This document shows positions 34,355 through 46,171 of a DNA stretch of 55,782 nucleotides, piece after piece; the first letter of the stretch is position 1; every line of letters starts with the position of its first letter. Under the pieces are notes generated by a model. That model was given only the letters and a program-made list of their open reading frames with translations, had not been told where the DNA came from and searched no databases. The DNA is from Trichomonas gallinae (taxonomy: Eukaryota). The stretch is taken from positions 62,001-117,782 of the forward strand of contig MRSU01001922.1 in assembly GCA_008369845.1 (NCBI GenBank). The letters run 5' to 3'. A program made the translations under genes and the position numbers.

Positions 34355-36667
34355 TTATTGAGCTTTAGTTTCTTCATTCATGTTATTTGTTCCATTTTCA
34401 GCTTTACTCTTTTCAACATTCTTTTCTACATCCTTGTTTTCAACTTCTTTACAATCATTCTTTTCATCATAATTATCATTTTTCTCATCATTGTTTGCCT
34501 CAACATTATTTTCAGCTTTAGTTTGTTCATTATTAACTTCTTCATTTTTGTTTTCTTCATTATTGTCATTTTCTGCTTTGTTTTCTTCATAGGTTGGTCT
34601 TGGTGCAGGAGTGAAAGGCCTGGCGTAGAAAGCTATGTAAGCTGAAGCTGATGGTGAACTTGGTGGAGTTGTGTTGGTGCATGAGTTGTCGTTGAAGTTA
34701 AACCACTTCTCACCCCTCTTTCCTACAGCAGTGTAGTGGCCGAACGACAAAGTTCCTGAGTGATTCGAAATTGATCTTAATTCGAAAATGTTTTCGCCGT
34801 AGTCATCTGTGAGACTCAACGTCAGAGGAATCTGTATTGGCGTGTTGTCTCTGTGCGATCTTCTTCCTGAGCCAATAAATCTTTTAATTTGGAATGCGAC
34901 AATATCAGGGAGCCTTTTGAACTTGCAGACTTTTGTTGCACATGATGACTCTTTGCATTTATCGCATTTCCACTGGTTTCTCTCGTCAAGATGGGATTTA
35001 GATGTAAATCCTGAAATTAAATCCTCCAAAGTGTTGATATCTGACTCTCTTGCCTTGGTTCTTATGTCTGAGATGCCTTTCTCGTCATCAACGTGAACTG
35101 TGATCTTATCAAATTCTTGAATTTCTTTGTATTCAGGAGTTCTGTCATCTAAATGCATAGACTTGCGCACATCTTCACGTCGTCTCGGATACCACATCTT
35201 TTGGACAAATTCCCAAACTTGGTCAAGAATTTCATCTTTTGTCGAATCTGGACGAATTGGGAGCAAAATTGGTAAGCAAATATTAGCATTTTCTGGTCCA
35301 ACAAGTTTTGCTATGATTCTTTTTCCATCAACTTGTTCTGTTTCGTAAGCAAGATGATCAATTGCATCTTCATCGAGTTGTTCGACAACTTTTGATCCTG
35401 ATCTCGATCTTGCAATGAGGACAACATTTGTATCTAGTGGAACTTTTGCAACTCTTATCATTGGTTTTTCAATATCTGAAGGAATGAAAGTTATGCGTCT
35501 GCAAGTAGATATTGGTAATGAGACAGTCGTAAATGGCTCAATAACAGAAGAAATTTCGCCACAATTCGCGCATTTTGTTTTTGATTCGAAAGAGCCATAA
35601 AACATTCGTTCAAAAACGCCGCCTTTCTTGGCTTCATCATGCATTCCATCTATTAAGAATGAAAACAACTCCTGAGAATCTTGTTGTCCATAAGATGAGA
35701 ATAAAGAATTAACTTTTGCGATTGCGCGCTTAATCATTCCTGGCTCTGGTCTGCCTGCAGCATAACCAGCGACAAAATTCGCGAATGCTGATGATAAGAT
35801 AGGTTTTTCACATTCTGAAATAATTTCTGGCAAACATGCAATAAATTTTGGAAGACTAAGCACACATTGCAATGCTGAGTTCATGTAGCATGTATTTCCG
35901 ATGTTATTTAAGCCGTGCGGTTTTACATCTGCATAAGTAAAAACATCAGCAGCAAGATTTGTTGTTTCTTGTGCAGATGGCTGCGCAGCTGCAACCTTTT
36001 GCTTAGATTTTGAAGATTTAAGTAATCTTTTAGCTCTTTTGCCGAGTTTTTGTTTAGAAGATTTTTCGCTTTCTAAAGGAGGAGGTGCAGCAGCATTGTT
36101 TGACATTGTAGCTTGTAAAGCAACATTTCCTGATGCCGATCCTGTATTCGGCACAACTGCAACTCTTGTTAATCCTCCTAAAGTTAAGCCCAAAGTTTCT
36201 TTGACTTCTAGAGGCTCTGATGAGCTGCTTGCTGCTAAAGCGAGTGATAAATTGCGTGGTATATTCATAGAACTGACTACTTTCGCCATGAATGTTTCAA
36301 CTTTCGTATTTCGACTAATTTCGAATTGTGTCTTTGCTGATTTGTATTCTACAGTGAGTTGTAATTTGCTGAGTTCTGGTGAACCATCTGGTAATATTGC
36401 AATTCTTATTTCTGGTCCTCCTCCGAATTTATTTAAAATATAATCCCAAACTTCGTAAGAAACAACTTCAAAGTCTTGGCCAAGCTTCAAATCCTTCTTT
36501 AGCTTCCCTTGTTTTATCATTGCTTTATTATTTACTTGGGGCATCTCTTGGCCATCTTCTCTTTCTTGAATTTGGTTGATAAACTTCGCTGGAACAATGA
36601 ATCCATCAGTCAGAGGCTTAATAGGATTCTTTTCCATCTCAATTTTAAGGTTTTCATATTCACTCAT
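34355..36667 (-). CDS. Ubiquitin-specific protease (C19) with N-terminal DUSP and Ubl domains, USP4/11/15-like
   Basis: DUSP (DFEVVSYEVWDYI...GGGPEI), Cys box GLNNIGNTCYMNSALQC, QQDSQE, two CxxC, His box NHSGTLSFGHYTA and FNDN. N/E/K low-complexity tail. Confidence 0.94.
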   Translation of the reverse strand: MSEYENLKIEMEKNPIKPLTDGFIVPAKFINQIQEREDGQEMPQVNNKAMIKQGKLKKDLKLGQDFEVVSYEVWDYILNKFGGGPEIRIAILPDGSPELSKLQLTVEYKSAKTQFEISRNTKVETFMAKVVSSMNIPRNLSLALAASSSSEPLEVKETLGLTLGGLTRVAVVPNTGSASGNVALQATMSNNAAAPPPLESEKSSKQKLGKRAKRLLKSSKSKQKVAAAQPSAQETTNLAADVFTYADVKPHGLNNIGNTCYMNSALQCVLSLPKFIACLPEIISECEKPILSSAFANFVAGYAAGRPEPGMIKRAIAKVNSLFSSYGQQDSQELFSFLIDGMHDEAKKGGVFERMFYGSFESKTKCANCGEISSVIEPFTTVSLPISTCRRITFIPSDIEKPMIRVAKVPLDTNVVLIARSRSGSKVVEQLDEDAIDHLAYETEQVDGKRIIAKLVGPENANICLPILLPIRPDSTKDEILDQVWEFVQKMWYPRRREDVRKSMHLDDRTPEYKEIQEFDKITVHVDDEKGISDIRTKARESDINTLEDLISGFTSKSHLDERNQWKCDKCKESSCATKVCKFKRLPDIVAFQIKRFIGSGRRSHRDNTPIQIPLTLSLTDDYGENIFELRSISNHSGTLSFGHYTAVGKRGEKWFNFNDNSCTNTTPPSSPSASAYIAFYARPFTPAPRPTYEENKAENDNNEENKNEEVNNEQTKAENNVEANNDEKNDNYDEKNDCKEVENKDVEKNVEKSKAENGTNNMNEETKAQ

Positions 36668-37077
36668 TTTTTAATATTTTGACTAATCAGGGTCTGGTAA
36701 AATTATGCAGGGGGATTTTATAAAATCACCAGCATTTTTCTCATTATGATATTATTAATTACAATTCTAGAATATATCTAATTGGAATAGTCCTCTTTAT
36801 TTTAATAAATCATTAATATATGTTTACCAACTTTGTTTTATAAAATCGCCAACAAACTTGTTTAAAGTGCAAAAACTTACATGCAAATCTCAACAAATAT
36901 CATCTAAAATAATAACGATATTTCCTTCTTTGAATGTTAATTTCCAAATATGTTGATGTTCGTGATAAAAATAGGAAAAAAAAAGAATACAGAATTTGAA
37001 GAAAAATATTTAAAATAATAAATAAAAAAGAAAATTCCATGAACAATATTTTGTTTGTATGTTTCTTCTCATTTACT

Positions 37078-40000
37078 TCAGTTGCTGCTGAAGCTTTCTC
37101 CACTTCCACTGTCGATGCTCTCACTGGAGGACTTCCTCTTGTGCTTGTGCTGAACTGCGTCCTTAGCTGCTGCCTGTGCTGGAGCTTGGGCGGCTGGTGC
37201 AGCTGCTGGTGGTGGAGTCTGCTCACCTGGCTTGATCTCTGTTGTGCCATCGATGTAGTTTGTGGCGAAGACCTTGAGCATGAAGTGGTGTTCTTTGTCG
37301 CATTTGTTTCTGACAGGGAAGATTGTCCATGGATAATCGACTTGGTCTGCTGCGACGTTGAACTCGAATGACTCGACGAGAGCTGAAGGAGCGATTGGTT
37401 CTGAGTAGTATGTCATACCCTTGAGGATCTTCTTGACTTGCTGGCCCTTGTTGTAGACAGCGTAAAGCCAGAATGGGCAGGATGGGCCAACCTTTTCGAT
37501 CATGACTTTGACTGTGCAAGCGGACCTGAACTTGAATGTGTACTGTGTGACGTTTTCAGCGCCCGGAGCCTTAGTGACTGGCTTAGCACCATCCATTGGT
37601 CCTGGCTCGAACTTGCCCATGAAATCGGCTGAGTGCCAGTTCTTGAGACGCAATGTGACGTAAACTGTAGAGTAGTTCTGGCAGAAGTCCTTGAACGAGA
37701 TCCAGAACATACCATCATCGACATCTGTGTGTCCAAGCTGCTTGGCAATGTCTGGGTGCTTGTCCCAGAGAGGAGACTTGTCTGACCAGTCTCCGTTCCA
37801 CTCGCTGTCGCCCCATGGGTTTCTGAGCTGAAGGAGCTGGAAGCCCTTGACTTCGACGACCTGGAGGATGGAATAAGCGTGGCCCTGGACGATGTTTGTC
37901 TTAGACTTTGTTGTATCTGAGCCTGGATGTGAGCCGCAGCAGAGATAATCCTTGTCCGCACGCCACTGGACCATGTTCTTCCAGAATGTGCCGTTGTTGA
38001 TTCTCTCCTTCATTTCGAGTGAGTCGAGGTTGAACAATTCCGGCCAGCCACCAACCAATCTGTACAAAGCAAGATGGGAGTTGCCACCTTCGATAGCGGA
38101 ATATGAGCCATTCTGCTTGGCGTAGGCCTTCTCGACGAGTGTGAACCACCAGCATGACTTGTCGTCATCTCTTGGCTTGACGAATCTCGCCTTTCCTGAT
38201 CTTGTAGAGAATGGCAACTGTGTGTCGACGATAACGTGATGCCTCTTGCCCATAGAATAGAATGAGATGCAAGCACCACCGATTGTTGTAATCTTTGACT
38301 GCTCTTCGAAGATATCAATGACATCAGCAGGTGATGAGCAGATTGAAGCCATGGCGGAAACCAAGTAGCAGTCACCGAGAGCGCCCTGGCAAATCTCGTT
38401 TGCGTTAACTGTGCCTGTAACTGTTCCCTTGTATACATCTTCTGCGCGTTTGAATTCTGAGTTTGCGAGAAGGTTCTTGTTTTCTTCTGTAATGCTGGCC
38501 AATGGGTGGAACTTTGGATCTGCGTACTTGATGTTGCCTTGCATCATCTGCTGGACGAGTTTTCCGTATTCATCCAACTGCTTGACTGGCTTCTGGATGA
38601 AAGAAAGCAAATTCTTTGCACGAGCCTTTTCCTGCTTGCGGACGAATTCATCGTAGTCCATATCTTCCTTCTTCTCGAGGGCTTTATCGTTGACTTCGAC
38701 TGCATCGATGAACTTCATGATGAGCTTCTTCTCTTCGTTGGAGAAATACTTCTGGTTGAGGAATGGGACTTCGATCTTGTGCTCGTCAACGAATCTCCTG
38801 GCCTTTTCGAGATCAGACAAGAACTGCATGGAAGCAGTAATGTAAAGCTGAGCCTTAAGAGCAGCTTCAAACTCGTTCTGATCCTTGAAAAGCTGGACAC
38901 GAGACTTGTGGTAAGCCATGAATTTCTCGTAAGTCGATTCATCCTTTTCTACGACCAAATCATCGTCGACATCGCAACCAGAGATCTGGATGGCCTTGTT
39001 GACAGCGAATTCGATTGGCTTGAACTCCATGTGCTCGATTGAGTTGAGAGCCATAGAATCGACATTGTACATGAGTGTAAAAGCGAGGAAGAAAATGACA
39101 GCGAAGGAGGCTGAAGCTCCGAGAGAGCCGAGCTGGCGCCAGCTGTCGTTCAAGAAAGCCAACGTGATCATACCCCAAACGTAAGGGACGATGAATGCGA
39201 GAACTGTGAATGTCCTGACGAAGCCCATGTTGTAAAGAACACCGTTGAAAAGTCTGCGGACAGGAAGGAAGATATCAGTGAAAACGATAACGTTTGTTTC
39301 GCTGCCAGTGAGCACGAAACCGATGATGCCGACGTAAGATATGAGTGTGATGATAGCGCAAATGGCGGAAATGACGACGTAAACAGATCTTGTTTGATAA
39401 GCAATGCCAGCGATGTCGACAATGATGCAGATGATCATGAGGATGGATGCGATGATGGAGCCGACTGTGACTTTGTACTCATTCTTCTGAATAACGTGAT
39501 ATGCGATTGCAGAGAAGAAAATTGTTGAAGCAAGGAGGCCGACGATGAGGCAAAGGACATCGAGACCTTCGAAGATGATGTAGTAAACGGCAGCACCGAT
39601 TGTAAGTAAAGCAGAAATGACGCAAACGATAACTGTTGGTCCGACATCGAATCTCCACTGCTTCTTTGATGTCCATCCGAGAGCGAATCCGTAGAGAGAA
39701 AGAACTAAGATGACAGCAGCGACAATAATTATTGGAATATCTTTCTTATATCCTGAAGCGCAAATGCCTGCAAGTGTCAAAATATAGAACACCAAGCAGC
39801 TAATAGCAGCCTTGTTGAAACACTGCTCGTGTAACCATGAGAAGCAGAATCCTAACCAAAGATAAACAGCTGTGAGGCAGAGGAAGATGATTAAACCGAG
39901 CTTTTTGATGGCTGAATCGAACAAGTATGGGAATGCGATCATGCAAACGGCATCAGCAACCAAACACAAGATATAGAACCAGAGCTGTAATGTTTGCAGT

Positions 40001-41529
40001 GACTTGAAGCCTCCTGGGCCCTTAAGGGAATAATCGTTACCAATGAAAACGAATGCCACCATGAGTGTGCCGAAGATATAATAGAAAACGAGGTAGAAAA
40101 GAAGCCTGAAGTCTCTCTGATCCTTGAAACCGTTGTACATGTAGAAGAAGACGCCACCAAGGATGATGCTAGCGACGAAAACGACTGTCATTGGAATCTT
40201 GCATTTGAAATTATCGCGTTTAACGGAGATAAGACCAGCAAGTGAGAAGCCCAACACAACGGAAAAGATCATGAGAAGAATATATCCTTCGCGCTGTGTG
40301 AAATCGCCGTGGAATGGAAGAATCTTCAAATCTTTGGTATCAAAGAGGATGACTTCGCATGCAGCAGCAACAACGAGCAAGATTAAGCAGACTAATGTCA
40401 AAACCGCCTCTTTTGTACGTGGTCTCTTGTATTCTGGATTCATTTTACCGATAAGCTCACGGCATGGTACTGAAATTCCTTCGAGCTTGGACTCATCGAT
40501 CGACGAATGACCCATCTTCTTAGAAATGAAGAGGAGAACCCAGTTAACAAAGCGAACGATATAATACGTAGCAAGAAGAAGGAATAAGAAGCCATGGCCA
40601 ATGAACCAGTAGTTGAATGAGAACGAGACGATGATGATTTTGATGATGTAGCCTGCGAAAAGCAAAGGTAAAGTTGAAGAATTATTCGTTACGTTCATTT
40701 GGGAGAGTAAAATTAGGAAATCAATGATGAATGAAGCGACACCAGTACCAAGTGATGCCTGGAATTGGTCCTTCTTCCACCAAAGGAAGATAAAAATGAT
40801 ATTGAAAACGATAGAAACCAAGAATGTGACAATGGCCCATCCATATGTCATGTAACCCTTGCCTTCGATCCAGTTATCGAACTGGTCGTCTTCAAGATCG
40901 TTGATAAACTGAGTCTTATGATCATCATCTTTGTAGACAGTCTTCAGTTTCATGTAGCTGAATTTACGGCGGCATCTTGAGATGGCAAACGCGTAGAAAA
41001 GCAGCGGTGGCCATAGATATAAGTAGCCTTCTGCCATCCAGCTACGGTTACGGAATGTTTCGACGCAAGCGATATATATACCTGCCAATATGATGAATGC
41101 GATAGAAAGTGGGTAACGAACGGCTGGAGAAAGTCTATATCCGTTTGCTTTGTAGTTCTGGAAGCCATAGAACAAAACAACTAAGCCTGGGAGGCCACCT
41201 GCGATGGATAGACCAAATGTAAGCGGCTTGAAGAGGATTGCTGTAAGGACACCCCAAGCAATAGATATAACAAACGGTAAACTAAAGAATATCCACCAGA
41301 GGAAGTTGACAAAGCCAACAGCTCCGGAACTTTTCTCCTTTCCCATGCGGTGCGCAATCTCATACTTCGCAATTAAGAATACGTGCCAACCGAAAATCTT
41401 GTGGACGAGGATTGTCCATATAATGAAGATAACAATGAGTGGTACGGCAAACGCCAAACCATATACTTTGTATTTTGACCAATCAAATGAAATTAGAATA
41501 TGATCTGGATCAAGTTCAAAATCGGACAT
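37078..41529 (-). CDS. Multi-pass transmembrane calpain (DEK1/TML-type cysteine protease)
   Basis: Likely start MSDFELDPDH at 41529. Roughly 20 hydrophobic helices, then a CysPc domain with an intact triad (QGALGDCY, GHAYS, LRNPWG) and a domain-III-like C-terminus. Confidence 0.92.
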   Translation of the reverse strand: MSDFELDPDHILISFDWSKYKVYGLAFAVPLIVIFIIWTILVHKIFGWHVFLIAKYEIAHRMGKEKSSGAVGFVNFLWWIFFSLPFVISIAWGVLTAILFKPLTFGLSIAGGLPGLVVLFYGFQNYKANGYRLSPAVRYPLSIAFIILAGIYIACVETFRNRSWMAEGYLYLWPPLLFYAFAISRCRRKFSYMKLKTVYKDDDHKTQFINDLEDDQFDNWIEGKGYMTYGWAIVTFLVSIVFNIIFIFLWWKKDQFQASLGTGVASFIIDFLILLSQMNVTNNSSTLPLLFAGYIIKIIIVSFSFNYWFIGHGFLFLLLATYYIVRFVNWVLLFISKKMGHSSIDESKLEGISVPCRELIGKMNPEYKRPRTKEAVLTLVCLILLVVAAACEVILFDTKDLKILPFHGDFTQREGYILLMIFSVVLGFSLAGLISVKRDNFKCKIPMTVVFVASIILGGVFFYMYNGFKDQRDFRLLFYLVFYYIFGTLMVAFVFIGNDYSLKGPGGFKSLQTLQLWFYILCLVADAVCMIAFPYLFDSAIKKLGLIIFLCLTAVYLWLGFCFSWLHEQCFNKAAISCLVFYILTLAGICASGYKKDIPIIIVAAVILVLSLYGFALGWTSKKQWRFDVGPTVIVCVISALLTIGAAVYYIIFEGLDVLCLIVGLLASTIFFSAIAYHVIQKNEYKVTVGSIIASILMIICIIVDIAGIAYQTRSVYVVISAICAIITLISYVGIIGFVLTGSETNVIVFTDIFLPVRRLFNGVLYNMGFVRTFTVLAFIVPYVWGMITLAFLNDSWRQLGSLGASASFAVIFFLAFTLMYNVDSMALNSIEHMEFKPIEFAVNKAIQISGCDVDDDLVVEKDESTYEKFMAYHKSRVQLFKDQNEFEAALKAQLYITASMQFLSDLEKARRFVDEHKIEVPFLNQKYFSNEEKKLIMKFIDAVEVNDKALEKKEDMDYDEFVRKQEKARAKNLLSFIQKPVKQLDEYGKLVQQMMQGNIKYADPKFHPLASITEENKNLLANSEFKRAEDVYKGTVTGTVNANEICQGALGDCYLVSAMASICSSPADVIDIFEEQSKITTIGGACISFYSMGKRHHVIVDTQLPFSTRSGKARFVKPRDDDKSCWWFTLVEKAYAKQNGSYSAIEGGNSHLALYRLVGGWPELFNLDSLEMKERINNGTFWKNMVQWRADKDYLCCGSHPGSDTTKSKTNIVQGHAYSILQVVEVKGFQLLQLRNPWGDSEWNGDWSDKSPLWDKHPDIAKQLGHTDVDDGMFWISFKDFCQNYSTVYVTLRLKNWHSADFMGKFEPGPMDGAKPVTKAPGAENVTQYTFKFRSACTVKVMIEKVGPSCPFWLYAVYNKGQQVKKILKGMTYYSEPIAPSALVESFEFNVAADQVDYPWTIFPVRNKCDKEHHFMLKVFATNYIDGTTEIKPGEQTPPPAAAPAAQAPAQAAAKDAVQHKHKRKSSSESIDSGSGESFSSN

Positions 41530-43277
41530 AAAAAATAAAAAAAAATTGATGTCAGGTTTTGTAAACATAACAAAAAGTTTTTTTGAAGCAGAACAAAACT
41601 TATCTGTATAACATATGCATTCTTTTTCACGCGAGAAAAATTGATGGCGGATAATTGAATACCACCTTTTTAAAGAAAAAAACAACACGTTTTTAAATTA
41701 ATGGTTCATTCACAGTTTTGAGTCATAAAATTCATATCTATGCTGCATAATATATTATTCTAGCAAATCCCAAATTTTTACTAAAAAAAATAAATATATA
41801 CGATCTTCAGCACTATTATATGATGTCTGCAAAGTTTGAAGCAATTTCTCAATTCCCAAGTTCCCTTTGAAAAAAACATGAACCTTTTTTAAAATAATAA
41901 AGATGCTCCATTGGTAATATTAATTACGATTTTCAAGTTAAAATTTTTTCTTGCAATCGTATTTTTGTTCATGAACTTATTGGTGGGGAAAAATGATGCC
42001 TTATCGTATAAATATGAATGCTGCATCAATGAAACAACAAAAAAATATGATGCACCTTATTTTCAGTGAATTTAAAAATTTGACTCCTTATAACATAAAT
42101 ATTCATATAATTTTAATAATTTTTATTTTTATTTCATATAAAATTTTTCACTTCACTTTGTTTTGATATGTTTGCCAGCAATTGATACCGGAACACTTTT
42201 ACATGCATCAATCCTTTGCTTATACTTTTTATTCCTTGTGTATTATGTTTAATTTCAATTTTAAACCTTTTTCATGAAAAAATCAATGACATTTTTGTCT
42301 TTTTCTTTAGTTAAACGATTTTTACCACTATTTCGTTACTCTGTGTTATGAACACGTTAGAAATATACTAGCTAAATTGATTGTTATAATTTAACGCGAT
42401 TTGGGTTTGCAAATGTCATAAATTTAGCCATTCCATATCAGTAGTAAACTAATCAATTATAAATATAAGTGAAATTATGTTCAAAATGTTTAAATCTCAT
42501 ATTTTCCGTTTATTGTTCATATATTTTTATTCATAAGATGAGATTGAAAGATAATAATGTGTGCTTTATCTTGAAATAGGATTAAAACACTTGACAATGA
42601 TGCATATAAGCAATATAATTAAATGATCAAACTCTTTATTAATCCTTTTAACTGCATATTGATTGATTGATTTAAAGTATAACCTATATAGTGGGATATC
42701 AGATACCACTAACGTAATGGTCACTTATAATTTCATCAAAAATCTATGAATTTACAACAGCGCTTTATATATACTACAATAATGCATAAAAGTGTTTTCT
42801 TATATTTATAGCCTCGTAATCGCATTCAATTTACTATAAACAAATTTTGAAAAAATTTTATATTTAAAAGACAAGCTAGACTGAGGTCCTTCTTTGTATA
42901 AGTAGCATTGTATGATTATCTCATAAGATTTCAAGATCCATTGATTGAGATAATGCTGATTGTAGTAATGAACATCTAACTATAGGAAGGTATATTCATA
43001 ATAAAAATGTAGCTATTTTCTTAAGATACAAAGTATTGAAATGTATTGTCTATGTTACGAATATAATCATATAACAATTATTGGAAAAGAGGGAAAGTGA
43101 GATTTCTTCTCAATGGCAGAAAAGTAGACTCTTTGCAACACCAACATAGAGAATGCTTCAAGCACTAATTAAGTATTAATTTTATATTAAAACAGCTAAA
43201 CAGAAAATGTTTGAATATCTATGTATTTCGCACGAGGTGTAATACTTTAGAATAACAAAACAAAAACACAAACAAGT

Positions 43278-43793
43278 TCAGATTATCGATGAATCGAGGG
43301 CAAAGATATCAGATATTTCTTCGGGGAAGTCAAATGAGAAGATATCATCTGATACTTCATTCTTGACATTCACATTATTGAAATCTAATTCAACTGGGCT
43401 GATTGAATTAATTGGGATTGATGTAATATTTTGATCTGAAAATTGCTTCAAATGAGTATACCAACGATTCTTAACGTTATTATCACTCCTTCCATTAAAG
43501 TATTTTGCTATTTCCGCCCATTTTGGACCCATTGTTTGGTATAGGAGAATCAATTGGGTATCTTCATCGGCAGACCATGGCGCTTGGTTGATACCAGGTG
43601 AAAGATATGTCTTATATCTTTCTCTGCATTGTCTTGTAGTGCGTCCATGCATCGACTTTGCCACAGCAGACCAATTATTAGAACCAAAGATAGACACCAA
43701 GTGAATCAATTGCATGTCTTCTTCTTTAGTGAACTTCTTGCGTGACTTCGATCCCTTGTCATCACTCGTATCATGAGGAGCGTTATGTTTCAT
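43278..43793 (-). CDS. R2R3 Myb-like DNA-binding protein
   Basis: Start MKHNAPH at 43793. RKKFTKEED...GRTTRQCRERY...PWSADED...GPKWAEIA...GRSDNNVKNRW. Confidence 0.94.
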   Translation of the reverse strand: MKHNAPHDTSDDKGSKSRKKFTKEEDMQLIHLVSIFGSNNWSAVAKSMHGRTTRQCRERYKTYLSPGINQAPWSADEDTQLILLYQTMGPKWAEIAKYFNGRSDNNVKNRWYTHLKQFSDQNITSIPINSISPVELDFNNVNVKNEVSDDIFSFDFPEEISDIFALDSSII

Positions 43794-44800
43794 TGGTGAA
43801 AAAATATAAAATATGTGTAATTCAAAATTGGAGAATTTTGAGAAGTTTATGAAATAATACACATTCTCAAAAAGTGAGGAGCGTGCAAGAGATTCTGAGG
43901 AACATGTCACTATGCCGCTTTTCCTAGATCCGATTGGCAACAAATTTTTAGTTCCATAGTCTTTGTTTATGTATTATAAATAATATTTTTCCAATTTACG
44001 AATATTCTCAAATTGGTCAATTTTACGAATTTTTTACGAAATTTTGAAAGCTTTTAAACTAATGAATAAAAGCTTTGAATAAAAGTTTATTAAGACAATG
44101 ATGTTGAGATTTTCTTTTCAAAATCAAAAACCTCTTTTTATATAAAAAGTCTTTTTATGCATATCAATGTATGCCAAATAATTCATTACACGTTTGAATT
44201 ATTTTTCAAAGAAAGCTTATGAAAATTATCATGATAATTTCAGCAGATGATCAAATTATATCTTGATATATACGCTATATCGTTATAGCATGATAATTCT
44301 TGAACATCAGCTTGTTTTTTAGGGTCACTCCAAAATTCTGAATTTCTTGCGGCCAGGCACTAGCAAACAGGTCGGCATATGAATGTTGAAGTATCACATG
44401 TTGTAAATTGCATATGATTGCTGGCTAATTGGAAAATAATATCAATCATCAAACATTATCCAGAATTCAATCTATATTACTAGGTAAACTGTAGATGTTT
44501 TATTTTGAGTGAAAATATCATAATATTTTTGGTTATCTGCGAAAAAATAAAATAACTTATAAGTTCAAACAACATATAGTGGTATCAAATGCGTAGTACT
44601 GAATCATATTCTATGCATATTCTTTGTTTTATTATTAATAATATTAGATATTGCAATGGATTTGTGAGATTTCGAAATCAACATAAATAAAAACTATTAT
44701 TTATCTAAAATTAAATACTAAAACATATAGTATAGCAAAATATATGCTTGATATTACAGATGCATAAGATTTTGATAAAAATAAGATAGAAAACAAAAAT

Positions 44801-46171
44801 TTATTCGGCTGATACAATTGATTCTATAGTTGAATATAGAATATTAGCTCTTCTATTTAAATCTTCATTACTTGAGTCCAATAAATCAGAAACAAAATCA
44901 TGAAAATCATCAGTAAGAATTTCTGCTTTAATCGGCTCATACTCTGGTATATCAGGCATCCTCCCAACAAGCTCTATAGTATATAGTATAATTTGGTATG
45001 AAGATGCTTCATCATCAGAATCTGCATTGTGAATAATATTTAATGAAACATTTGGATCAACCGATGCTATGAATAAATCTTTTGAACACTTTTGAATGTA
45101 TACTCTCAGCATTTCTATTATTTTCACCTTGGTATCATATTGACAATATTCAAAAAGTTGAGCATTAATTGATCTTACTACATCTGCTACACCAAAAATA
45201 TGTGCATTATCTATATCTTCCATTAGGAACTGTGTTATGAATTTTGCTGTTTTCTTTATGAAATTTTGAGGTGGAAGATACTCAAGATCGATCAAATAGC
45301 TTGTTATGATATGAAATATATTATTAAAGACAATGAATTCGTGTGTTTGTGGATTTGACGCAGTAATTCTCAATAATTTCATTGATTTGGTGCTTAGCTG
45401 GATATCTTTAGTTTCTAAAGCATGGACCAACGTTTGTATTATTTCTTCATTTGAGAAAATTTCGTTTGCTTCAGCAGAATGTTTTGCTAAAGAATTTATT
45501 GCATCAATTATGCATAATTTTACGTCCATCTCATCACTTGTATAAAGAGATGATAGTGGAGAGATGAATTTTGTGTAAAATTTTGGTGGATAATTGCCTT
45601 TTTGCAATGTTAAATATAAGAATGATGCAAATGTTGGTAAATAGTCAGCTTTCTTTAAAAATATGGATAAATTTTCATATATGCCATTTTTAATGGCTAA
45701 ATCACGATAAATAATGTGTTTTTTGATTAATTGATTTAAAACTTGGAATGCGATATCAATAACTTCATCATTGTATATATTTTCGATTATATTTTTCATA
45801 CATTCAAAGAAATGATCATATCTGCATGAGTTATAAACTTTGTATATAGATAGTGTTAAATTTAAGAATTGTAATGGTATAAATGCTAGCTGTGTGTTTT
45901 CAAGTAGAGACAATACTTTTTCTATATGATTTTGCTGTAATAATTTTGAAAATTCTATTTTATGTACTGTAAATTGTAATAACTGTTCAAGAGCCCCTAA
46001 TGAAGTCTCTGGTACATTGGATAGCATCAATGTTAGTTGGTATTGTATAGATTGAATTTCTTCTGGTAAAAAATGCTGAGATTTTGGTTCAGAAAGTTGT
46101 ATAATTGGGGCTGATGATGTTTTTTGGGTCCATGGTTGACTAATATTATCATCTTGTTTAAATTCCTCCAT
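44801..46171 (-). CDS. Armadillo/HEAT-repeat (importin-alpha-like) hypothetical protein
   Basis: 456-aa helical-repeat ORF (YRDLAIKNGIY, CIIDAINSLA) with a C-terminus resembling that of 1990-3273. Confidence 0.65.
   Translation of the reverse strand: MEEFKQDDNISQPWTQKTSSAPIIQLSEPKSQHFLPEEIQSIQYQLTLMLSNVPETSLGALEQLLQFTVHKIEFSKLLQQNHIEKVLSLLENTQLAFIPLQFLNLTLSIYKVYNSCRYDHFFECMKNIIENIYNDEVIDIAFQVLNQLIKKHIIYRDLAIKNGIYENLSIFLKKADYLPTFASFLYLTLQKGNYPPKFYTKFISPLSSLYTSDEMDVKLCIIDAINSLAKHSAEANEIFSNEEIIQTLVHALETKDIQLSTKSMKLLRITASNPQTHEFIVFNNIFHIITSYLIDLEYLPPQNFIKKTAKFITQFLMEDIDNAHIFGVADVVRSINAQLFEYCQYDTKVKIIEMLRVYIQKCSKDLFIASVDPNVSLNIIHNADSDDEASSYQIILYTIELVGRMPDIPEYEPIKAEILTDDFHDFVSDLLDSSNEDLNRRANILYSTIESIVSAE

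Noticed and set aside
34349..34645. Hydrophobic 98-aa ORF resembling a membrane protein
   Set aside because: It is the antisense reading of the N/E/K-rich tail of the USP gene.
41530..41688. N-terminal extensions in the ORF track (calpain; also Myb 43794-43943, kinase 20805, GT61 30649, HAD 49576)
   Set aside because: They come from GTG/TTG starts in AT-rich UTR or promoter sequence. For the calpain, the ATG at 41529 marks where coding-like sequence begins, although an in-frame ATG exists 13 codons upstream.
44348..44378. GC-rich patch able to form a short hairpin (TGCGGCC...GGTCGGCA)
   Set aside because: Only about 7 imperfect pairs and no ncRNA motifs; compatible with chance.
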